Part shown: in pieces, positions 1 to 7,200 of the stretch
Position numbering within the stretch: the stretch's first letter is position 1
Layout of the letters: the number at the start of each line of letters is the position of its first letter
Assembly (NCBI GenBank): GCA_964511955.1
Contig: CAZEGO010000001.1
Coordinates: 1-39,876 of the forward strand
DNA from: an uncultured Planctomycetia bacterium
Lineage (GTDB): Bacteria > Omnitrophota > Gorgyraeia > Gorgyraeales > Gorgyraeaceae
Length of the DNA stretch: 39,876 nt
Reading direction: 5' to 3'
Notes under the pieces: generated by a model
What the model was told of the DNA's origin: nothing
The model's input: only the letters and a program-made list of their open reading frames with translations
The model's database searches: none
Made by a program: the position numbers and the translations under genes

Positions 1-552
1 GTAATTTTTTATATAATCCTTTGTTACGCCGGAATCTTTATGGACACGGCCTTCGCTTTTATGCACTGAGTTTATCAGATTCATGCCCTTCTCGTTAAAA
101 TCAGCCATCACTAGTTTGCCGCCGGGACAGAGTATCCGTTCCATCTCCGATAAAAGAGCGCCCACCTCCTCAATATGATGGAACAGGTTTACCGCCACTA
201 GACTGCTAAAACATTCGTCCGTAAAAAGTGTAGCTTTTGCGTCCATCAGATAAAACTCCACTTTGCCGAGAAGGTCTTCGTAAGCCAGGTTAAGCGCAGC
301 TATTCTTAATGATTCCTTATCGTTATCTATAGACGTGATTTTATATCCCGCTTTGGCCAAAGCGAGGGTAGTATACCCGTTTCCGGCACCGATTTCCAGA
401 ACTTCGCCCTCGAGAGGGGAGCATTTCTCCAGTATAAGTCTTCTGGAATTCTCAAAATCAAGACCCATCTTTTTATAACGATTCTGTCTTTCGGTGTAAT
501 ACGAGTGATTTTCGCTTATTTCTTGCTGCGTTAATTTTGGCGTGTATTTCAT
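1..552 (-). CDS. class I SAM-dependent methyltransferase (3' end lies outside the window)
   Basis: Open minus-strand frame with no stop down to position 1, so it is absent from the ORF track. My translation is MKYTPKLTQQEISENHSYYTERQNRYKKMGLDFENSRRLILEKCSPLEGEVLEIGAGNGYTTLALAKAGYKITSIDND...LVAVNLFHHIEE...CPGGKLVMADF. It shows SAM-binding motif I (LEIGAGNG) and an acidic residue after beta-2. The ATG at 550-552 overlaps the upstream stop (TAATG). Confidence 0.8.
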   Translation of the reverse strand, partial: MKYTPKLTQQEISENHSYYTERQNRYKKMGLDFENSRRLILEKCSPLEGEVLEIGAGNGYTTLALAKAGYKITSIDNDKESLRIAALNLAYEDLLGKVEFYLMDAKATLFTDECFSSLVAVNLFHHIEEVGALLSEMERILCPGGKLVMADFNEKGMNLINSVHKSEGRVHKDSGVTKDYIKNY

Positions 553-1409
553 TATATCAACTTTTTAATTCTTTCCCAAATAATTAAAATCTCTTTTTTA
601 GCTTTTGATTGCCCCTGTTCGACAATAGTCCGACCTATTACCATCGCCTCCACCACTGCCTTATCGAAACTCACTTTACCCAGCACTTCCACGTTGTTTT
701 CCCTGCAGTATTCTATAATATCGTGAGCCATGGCGCTATTCAAATCGTATTTATTTATTATAAGTTTTGAGGTTACTCCGAAATGCTTCGTCATCTTGAT
801 TACCCTGTCGGCATCATGCAGGCCGGACATAGTGGGTTCGGTTACTACTACTGCGTAATCCACCCCCGCAATGGAGGCTATTACGGGACAGCCTATCCCC
901 GGAGAGCCGTCGATCATAATCAAATCCGATTTCTTTTTTTCCGCAAGTTCCCTGGCTTTATTTCTTACCAGGGTAACCAGCTTACCCGAATTTTCCTCGG
1001 CTATGCCCAGTTTGGCGTGTACCATAGATGCGAACCTGGTATCGGATACAAACCATTCTCCGGATAAATTTTCCTCCATCTTTATGGCGTCGGCGGGACA
1101 GACATGATAACAGAAAGCGCATCCCTCACAGGAAACCGGATCAACCTTAAAATCCATGTCAATAGCGTCAAACCTGCAGGCGGACATACACTTGCCACAT
1201 TCCCGGCAAAGTTTCCTGTTTATAACGGCTGTTTTCCCGCTTCTGAATTCATGTCTTTCTTTTATATCGGGTTTCAGCAAAAGATGTAGGTCGGCGGCAT
1301 CCACGTCGCAGTCAGCCATTACATGATTTTTAGCGAGAGCCGCAAAAGCCCCCGTGATAACGGTCTTACCCGTACCGCCTTTTCCGCTTATAATAACTAT
1401 CTGTTTCAT
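552..1409 (-). CDS. MinD/ParA-type P-loop ATPase with inserted 2x[4Fe-4S] ferredoxin module (COG1149-like)
   Basis: Deviant Walker A SGKGGTGKT at the N-terminus. Two CxxCxxCxxxC(P) motifs are present (CRECGKCMSAC, CEGCAFCYHVCP). The start overlaps the upstream stop by 4 nt (1406-1409). Confidence 0.9.
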   Translation of the reverse strand: MKQIVIISGKGGTGKTVITGAFAALAKNHVMADCDVDAADLHLLLKPDIKERHEFRSGKTAVINRKLCRECGKCMSACRFDAIDMDFKVDPVSCEGCAFCYHVCPADAIKMEENLSGEWFVSDTRFASMVHAKLGIAEENSGKLVTLVRNKARELAEKKKSDLIMIDGSPGIGCPVIASIAGVDYAVVVTEPTMSGLHDADRVIKMTKHFGVTSKLIINKYDLNSAMAHDIIEYCRENNVEVLGKVSFDKAVVEAMVIGRTIVEQGQSKAKKEILIIWERIKKLI

Positions 1410-2245
1410 TTGTTGTCCTTCAGGGAGATGATTTTTTCAAACATTGATTTAAAGCGTTCCTTATGTTCCGGTAATTCTTCTATGAAAGGAACTCCTTTGG
1501 AATAGGCCTTCGCTATTTCTTTTTTAAAGGGTATCTCCATAAGCACCGGTATTTTTTCTTTTTCGCAATATTCATGGGTTTTATTGTCGCCTAAGTCAGA
1601 CCTGTTTATAACCACACCGAAAGGAATTTTAAGTTTCCTGAGGACTTCTACCGCCAATACCAAATCGTTAAGCCCGAAAGGAGTGGGTTCGGTCACGAGA
1701 ACAGAGTAATCGCTACCCTTCAAAGAAGCTATAACGGGACACGACGTCCCGGGAGGGGCATCGACAATAACCGTCCTTGACGAGTCCGCATGCTCTTTTA
1801 AAGGTTTTATAAGGGGCGGTGCCATAGCTTCCCCTATGTTAAGCCTGCCGTGCGCGAACTGAAGGTTTCCTTTTTTCCCGATTTCTATGAACCCTATATT
1901 CCTGTCTGTTTCTTTTATCGCGCCTTTCGGGCAAAGATATGAACATGCCCCACAACCGTGGCACAATTCAGGAAAAAGCAAAATTTTATCTTTCACGACA
2001 CCTATAGCGTTATACTCACACACCTCGGCGCATTTTCCGCAGTAATCGCAAATACCCTCGTCTATTTCAGGGACCGGTATAGCTATGGGAATCTTTCCCT
2101 TTATATCCGGTTTCACAAAAATATGGGAATTCGGTTCTTCCACGTCACAATCGATAAGCTGCGCGTCAGCTATCGATAGCGCCAGATTTACCGCTACGGT
2201 CGTCTTGCCTGTCCCGCCTTTTCCACTCGCTACAGATATAATCAT
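1406..2245 (-). CDS. MinD/ParA-type P-loop ATPase with inserted 2x[4Fe-4S] ferredoxin module (paralog)
   Basis: Walker A SGKGGTGKTT plus CDYCGKCAEVC and CHGCGACSYLCP. Same architecture as the downstream paralog. Confidence 0.9.
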   Translation of the reverse strand: MIISVASGKGGTGKTTVAVNLALSIADAQLIDCDVEEPNSHIFVKPDIKGKIPIAIPVPEIDEGICDYCGKCAEVCEYNAIGVVKDKILLFPELCHGCGACSYLCPKGAIKETDRNIGFIEIGKKGNLQFAHGRLNIGEAMAPPLIKPLKEHADSSRTVIVDAPPGTSCPVIASLKGSDYSVLVTEPTPFGLNDLVLAVEVLRKLKIPFGVVINRSDLGDNKTHEYCEKEKIPVLMEIPFKKEIAKAYSKGVPFIEELPEHKERFKSMFEKIISLKDNK

Positions 2246-2259
2246 ATTCCGACTTCCCC

Positions 2260-2290
2260 GTAGACGATCCTGCCAGGCAGAATCGTCTAC
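2260..2290. other. intercistronic stem-loop (9-bp outer stem GTAGACGAT/ATCGTCTAC with inner CTG..CAG pairing)
   Basis: Read directly: gtagacgat-cctgccaggcaga-atcgtctac, between the NifX-like stop (2311) and the ATPase start (2245). No U-tract follows on the minus strand, so it is not a classical terminator for the operon. Confidence 0.5.
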
Positions 2291-2310
2291 TTTATTGGCT
2301 GTTTATGTAA

Positions 2311-2685
2311 TCATACGCCAAATTTTTTATCTACACTCGGGCCATCCACAGGAGCGGTCAATTCACCCTTTTTGTATTTTTCCACCGCTTCTTTTACCGT
2401 CCCCGAGATACCGGTTATTACCTTAATACCCGCGGCCTGTAGGGTCTGAAAAGCGTTAGGCCCCACGTTCCCGGTAAGAACGGTCTCTACGCCTTTACCG
2501 GAAATGAATTGCCCGGAAACTATCCCGGCGCCTCCCGCGCTGGCGGCACTGGCGTTTTCTGCCACCTCGAATTCCATAGATTCGGTATTTATTATTATAA
2601 AAAAGGCACACCTTCCGAACCTGGGATCCACCGCGGCGTCTAAATTATTTCCCTGAGAAGTAACGCATATCTTTTTATCAGGCAT
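2311..2685 (-). CDS. NifX/NifB-C-terminal-fold (dinitrogenase FeMo-cofactor-binding family, COG1433-like) small protein
   Basis: 124 aa. The signature VDPRFGRCAFFIIINTE ... GAGI ... FISGKGVETVLTGNVGPNAFQTLQAAGIKV is typical of this fold. Confidence 0.85.
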   Translation of the reverse strand: MPDKKICVTSQGNNLDAAVDPRFGRCAFFIIINTESMEFEVAENASAASAGGAGIVSGQFISGKGVETVLTGNVGPNAFQTLQAAGIKVITGISGTVKEAVEKYKKGELTAPVDGPSVDKKFGV

Positions 2686-2686
2686 A

Positions 2687-3079
2687 TCAACACTCCTTTT
2701 CGTTTGGATGATCGCAAACAGTTTTATCTAAACCATAACCTTTGCCCGACCCCGGACTACAAAGACTTTCACCGCCCTTAAGCGTGTCTTTTTTCAACTC
2801 CTCGATTACCTCGTCTATCGTACCGGTTACTCCTACTATGGTTTTTATTCCGAGCTCATTAAAAAATCCCGTAGCGCGCATACCCATACCGCCTGCGATT
2901 ATGCATTCAGCGCCTTTCTGGTGCAGAAACTGAGGTATAGCTCCGGGCTGATGGCCCGGATTAGGCACTACCTCTCTGTTCTTAATCTCCCCGCTCTCTA
3001 TCTCAATAAGAGTAAAATGTGGACACCTCCCAAAATGAGCCGATACAAAATCTCCATCCGTAGATATAGCTATCTTCAA
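2687..3079 (-). CDS. NifX/NifB-C-terminal-fold small protein (second copy)
   Basis: KIAISTDGDFVSAHFGRCPHFTLIEIESGEI ... IIAGGMGMRATGFFNELGIK. The track ORF extends to 3130, but that extension is made of the upstream palindrome. I prefer the TTG at 3077-3079, which lies 5 nt after AGGAGG (3085-3090) and gives MKIAIS. The start is uncertain; the stop is firm. Confidence 0.8.
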   Translation of the reverse strand: MKIAISTDGDFVSAHFGRCPHFTLIEIESGEIKNREVVPNPGHQPGAIPQFLHQKGAECIIAGGMGMRATGFFNELGIKTIVGVTGTIDEVIEELKKDTLKGGESLCSPGSGKGYGLDKTVCDHPNEKEC

Positions 3080-3116
3080 ACCAACCTCCTTAATTTTGGT
3101 AAACATAAAAATTTGT

Positions 3117-3147
3117 ACCATGTCCCACACCCGGTGTGGGACATGGT
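3117..3147. repeat. 31-bp perfect palindrome ACCATGTCCCACACC-C-GGTGTGGGACATGGT (GTCCCAC palindrome family, copy 1)
   Basis: Read directly. Lies in the spacer between the DUF5320 stop (3161) and the NifX-like start. On the minus strand it is followed by ACAAATTTTTAT. Confidence 0.9.
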
Positions 3148-3160
3148 TGTTTTTATGTGT

Positions 3161-3529
3161 TTATTGCTTTTTTTGGTTTTCTTCCGCTTCGAAAGAATCT
3201 AGTCTTGATTGTATGTCGTCCAACTGTTGTTTTAACGCATCAGACTGCTCTTTAAGCATGGCTCTTTCCTCTTCCGCGGTTATTTCAGACGCGTAAGGAT
3301 AGCCACCGTACGCCGGAGCATTGTAGGCATAGGAAGCTCCCCACCCTCGGCCCCATCCACGGCCACGGCCCCAGCCGCCGCCTCTTCCGAAACCGCGTCC
3401 GAACCCGAATCCTCTTCTTCCCCCGACCGGGTTCATGTAACCGGGGACATTATACCCCGCGCAATAACCCGCGGTTCTTCCTGTCATAGGTCCCATACCC
3501 ATCGGTCCTCTTCCGTCTCCTCCTGGCAT
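3161..3529 (-). CDS. DUF5320-type protein (Gly/Arg/Trp-rich N-terminal part, coiled-coil C-terminus)
   Basis: MPGGDGRGPMGMGPMTGR...GRGFGRGGGWGRGRGWGRGWG...EEERAMLKEQSDALKQQLDDIQSRLDSFE. Composition and architecture match the DUF5320 proteins that accompany NifX-fold/MinD-FeS genes. AAGGAGG-type RBS (caaggaggtgtaatATG). Confidence 0.75.
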   Translation of the reverse strand: MPGGDGRGPMGMGPMTGRTAGYCAGYNVPGYMNPVGGRRGFGFGRGFGRGGGWGRGRGWGRGWGASYAYNAPAYGGYPYASEITAEEERAMLKEQSDALKQQLDDIQSRLDSFEAEENQKKQ

Positions 3530-3567
3530 ATTACACCTCCTTGTTTAGCCCACTCTATGCGGACATG

Positions 3568-3596
3568 CTTATACAATTAGACTCTTACCATGTCCT
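3568..3596 (-). promoter_or_regulatory. candidate sigma70-type promoter for the DUF5320 operon (AGGACA-17-TATAAG)
   Basis: Minus strand reads tAGGACAtggtaagagtctaattgTATAAGc. The -35-like hexamer is part of the right arm of palindrome copy 2. The match is weak and rests on sequence only. Confidence 0.3.
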
Positions 3597-3638
3597 ACCA
3601 ACCATATCCCCCGCCGGGGGTGGGACATAGTAAGAGTA
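3581..3638. repeat. degenerate, expanded copy of the GTCCCAC palindrome (copy 2)
   Basis: The outer arms ACTCTTACCATGTCC / GGACATAGTAAGAGT have one mismatch. They enclose TACCAACCATAT-CCCCC-GCC-GGGGG-TGG. The element shares ACCATGTCC and GTGGGACAT with copy 1. Confidence 0.75.
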
Positions 3639-3641
3639 GTG

Positions 3642-3666
3642 TTTTAAATGGAATTGATTTTCATTA
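3642..3666. promoter_or_regulatory. Fur-box-like operator motif, copy B (TTTTAAATGGAATTGATTTTCATTA)
   Basis: 19 of 25 positions match the reverse complement of copy A at 4163-4187 (shared AATGGAA...ATTTTCATTA). AT-rich imperfect inverted repeat (AATGGAAT / AATGAAAAT half-sites). Located between the Fur-family stop (3679) and the DUF5320 operon. Confidence 0.5.
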
Positions 3667-3678
3667 GTGGCTAAAAAA

Positions 3679-4149
3679 TTATTCCTTTCCGCATTTTTCG
3701 CATAAACCGTAAAACTGTATTACATGGTTAGTGATATCGAAATTGTATTTTTTTGACAGACCTTTTTCCGTCTTTCTGAGAAGCTCTATCTCTTCATCTA
3801 TAAAATCCGTATAATCTATGACCCGTCTACACCTCGTGCAGACAAGATGATGATGGTGGTGGCTCTTTTTAGACCCTTCGGCCAGCTCGTATCTGGCCCT
3901 TCCGTCCCCGAAATCGAACTTAAAAACCAATCCCATATTTACAAGTATCTCGAGTGTCCTGTAAATGGTTGTCAGGCCTATGGCCGGATAAGTTTTATGG
4001 ATCTCATTATATATATCTTCCGCGCTCAGATGCTTGTCGGCTTTTATAAGGCAGTTCAATATGGCTTCCCTGCCTAATGTTACGCGGTACCCGCATCCCC
4101 TGAACCTGCCGTGCCACCATCGCGGACCATGCATATCGCCTCTTGTCAT
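3679..4149 (-). CDS. Fur-family metalloregulator (Fur/Zur/PerR subtype not resolvable)
   Basis: Winged-helix region LSAEDIYNEIHKTYPAIGLTTIYRTLEILVNMGLV, a His cluster followed by HLVCTRC, and a C-terminal CEKCG second Cys pair. RBS AAGGAG lies 8 nt before the ATG. Confidence 0.9.
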   Translation of the reverse strand: MTRGDMHGPRWWHGRFRGCGYRVTLGREAILNCLIKADKHLSAEDIYNEIHKTYPAIGLTTIYRTLEILVNMGLVFKFDFGDGRARYELAEGSKKSHHHHHLVCTRCRRVIDYTDFIDEEIELLRKTEKGLSKKYNFDITNHVIQFYGLCEKCGKE

Positions 4150-4162
4150 ATCTATAACTCCT

Positions 4163-4187
4163 TAATGAAAATGGTTTCCATTATTAA
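4163..4187. promoter_or_regulatory. Fur-box-like operator motif, copy A (minus strand TTAATAATGGAAACCATTTTCATTA)
   Basis: Starts at the last base of the -10 hexamer of the fur-family promoter and covers the expected transcription start. Core palindrome AATGG-AAA-CCATT. Paralogous to copy B. Confidence 0.55.
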
Positions 4188-4215
4188 TTATACCTTACTC
4201 CCGTTCGCGTGTCAA
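4187..4215 (-). promoter_or_regulatory. consensus sigma70 promoter of the Fur-family gene (TTGACA-17 nt-TATAAT)
   Basis: Minus strand reads TTGACAcgcgaacgggagtaaggTATAAT. The -35 is at 4210-4215 and the -10 at 4187-4192. Both hexamers are perfect with a 17-nt spacer. Confidence 0.75.
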
Positions 4216-4251
4216 ATATTTTTTCGTTAATTTAGAATAAAATATAGGGTC

Positions 4252-7200
4252 TTAAAATAACTCTTCGCCCCTGTCTTTAAGGACAAGACGGTCGGTAAGC
4301 CTTAGCCAATCAAGGATAAGTTTTCTCAGTTCTATAGTATGATAAATCTTGTTGAATTTATTGTCTTCCAGTTTGTTCACCTCGTCTATAAGGTCGTTAA
4401 GCGTTGTTCTTCCGTAGGAATAATTTTCCGTTTCGTCTTTCACTATTTCTTCAGCGAGCGCTATTTTCTTATTCGATATTTCAATTAACTCTCTTTCTTT
4501 CTCTATAGACTCGTTTAAATTCCTTAATCTGGTAAAAATGTCAAAATGAGTATTTTTCTCCGAAAGCGCGGCTTTTTTTAGCTCTATTCTGGACGTCTCA
4601 TATTCCGCCTTCTCCGCCTGTCCGGGCAAAGGCCACTCGAACGAAAAACCCGCATATGCGGTTTCATCTTCTTCCCTGAGAGTCTGACCTGTGCCGTCGG
4701 TCGCAAACCCGGCGAAAATATCTATAGACGGCAAAAGCTTATCGGCATCCCTGTCGACTTCCAAAGCGCTCCTTTCCGTCAGAAGAGCCAGTATTTCGCA
4801 AGTCCTACTTTCATGTTCAAATTCGCTATAATCTCTCTCGAACTCCACCTCCACATTATCATAAAAATCGGGCTCTTCCGGAAGAAGTATCCGGTCATCT
4901 TTGTATCTGAGAGCCTGTTTGACAAGATTCAGATATTTAACGTAATTGTCCTCAAGTGATACAAGGTTCTCTTTTTTCGCCAGGACCTGCAGATCCACTT
5001 TATTTACGTCTATGGGTAAAGCTATGTTATTTCGCGCGCGATCCTTTACGTTCTCGAGAAGCTTAAGGTTTTCCTTATACGCGTGCTGTCCCGTCTCCAT
5101 GTTCCTGTAGGCGAAATACCAGTTGTAATAAGTGTTTATCAAGGACGCCAGGTAATCCTCGTACGCCTCCGCTATCTGGTAATCCGCCACTTCGATTTCC
5201 AGGCCCACTATTTTATCCAATAGTTTTGTGGAGCGTCCGAAAGCATTTTCGGCTATGGGCTGTGATATTTTAAGTTCGAAATCGGAACTCACGGCCCTCG
5301 AACTCAAACTCACGGAAGAACTGTAATCCAAAGTAACATCGGTACCCACATAAGGAAATAGTTTGGATAAAGATACAGTGTTTTCCGGATCCCCCTCGTT
5401 ATCGTCCAGAAAAACCTCATACTGACTTTTAAGGGAAACCACCAGATCACCGGCCGGCAGTCTGAGAGCTTTTTTGTATTTAAGAATCAGCTGGTCCGCC
5501 AATATTTCCTGAAAAACCGTATCTTTTTCGCACACCGTTTTTATGAATTCTTCCAGGGTCACTGTCTTATGATCGGTCTCTTCCGCACGGGAATAACAAA
5601 TACCGGTAAGGACAAATATGACGGAAAGCGTAATTACTTTAACCTGTTTCAAACCAAGTTTTGCTTTTATCTTTTTATTGAAACTAAAAATACAAGGTAT
5701 AAGCAAAAGTGTTATCATGGTACCGAATAAAAGTCCCCACGCCAGGGCCAGCATCATCTGCGCCAGCATGGAATCATACCCCGCCCATCCGTAAGCCGTG
5801 GGGACTATTCCTATAACCGTGGTCAATGTTGTGAGTATAACGGCACGTAAACGCGTCTTGGCGATAGAAGCTATTTTTTTATAATGTTCCGTTCCCGACA
5901 ATATCTTATCCGGATATTCGTCGTATAACTTTACCAGCATTATAATGGCATCGTTCACCACTACTCCGGCAAGCCCAAGCGCGCCTATAACTGCGAAAAA
6001 TCCGTACATCGATATTCCGTGAAACCAGAACGCGAGCACTATACCTACTACGCTAAAGGGTATGGTAAGCATTATTATGAAGGGTCTCGCGAGCGATTCG
6101 AATAAAAGCGCCAATATTATGTATATCAATACTATAGCCATTACAATACCGAACATAAAATCTCTTTGTGATTCACGCGTATCTTTTATCTCTCCTGCAA
6201 ACTCCACCACAGTGGAAGGATAAGCGGAGTTAAAATCAGGCAACACGTTATTTTCTAAATAGTCGGCTATTTCCAAAGGTGTCTTACCGCTTTCCTCCTT
6301 AAGCCCGGCATACACTACCGTAGTGCGCTTTTCGTCTTCGCGCGAAATGGAGTCCGGGGTTGTAACTTCTTCTATATTTACAATTTCTTTCAGGGGCACA
6401 AGATATTTGCCCTGGTTCTCAACGGGTATATTAAGGACTTTTTCTATGTCGTCTTTCGCGCTCTCTACCGTAGTAAGCCTTACGTAAATCTTCTCGTCGT
6501 CCCCCATGAGTTCGTAAAGTATTTTACCCTCGAGCGCGGCCCTTAGGGTTCTGGCTATATCTGACGGGCTTATAGCCAAACGCCTCAGCTTATCCCTGTT
6601 CAGTCTTATCCTGTACTCAGGATTCATGATAGGTCTTTCTATTTCTATATTATAAAGAGCGGGGTGCTTCTCCAGCGAAGCCGCAAGTTCATCCGCCACT
6701 TTTCTGCGTAACGCATCGTTGTTTTCCTTTACCATTATTTCAACGGCACTTTCCTGCGCATGTCTGGTCTTGGAAAGCCTTACTTTATTAAGCCCTTCGA
6801 TATGGGAAAATTTCTCTTCCCATTCTTTTATTATTTGATCGGCTGACTTTACTCTTTTTTCCCTGGGCAATATTTCTATCCGCATAGTCAGTTTGTTTTC
6901 CTGGGCAGCTGAACCCCATCTCGACCTGGATATATAATTACGGAAACCTATCACTTCCTTCCCTATGTAATCCGATATAACGTCCTCATAAGATTGAGCC
7001 AATCTCGCGGTTTGATATCTCTTGGAACCTGCCGGTGCCTCCGCGGAAAGCCTTATCTGCCGTGTTTCTTCGTCCGGGAACATCACAAATTTCATCTTGG
7101 ATTCGACTATGTGCCAGGAAAGTGCCAGGAGAAAAATAAAAAATAAAAATACCAGCCACTTAATCGGCAACACCTTCTCTGTAAAAGCACCGTATACATC

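Noticed and set aside
3080-3130. N-terminal extension MWDMVQIFMFTKIKEVG of track ORF 2687-3130
   Set aside because: The extension is encoded by the 31-bp palindrome and its flank. A TTG with an AGGAGG RBS 5 nt upstream gives the family-typical MKIAIS start.
552-3130. Reading the NifX/NifB-like and NifH-like (MinD P-loop) genes as a nitrogen-fixation cluster
   Set aside because: There are no nifD/K/E/N and no radical-SAM NifB domain, and the ATPases carry ferredoxin inserts rather than the NifH cluster ligands. The set matches the orp/COG1149-COG1433 type cluster instead.
3847-3861. A run of five His codons (HHHHH) in the Fur-family gene as a possible engineered His-tag
   Set aside because: The run is internal, directly precedes the conserved LVCxxC segment where Fur proteins have their HHxHxxC metal site, and has no vector-like flanks.
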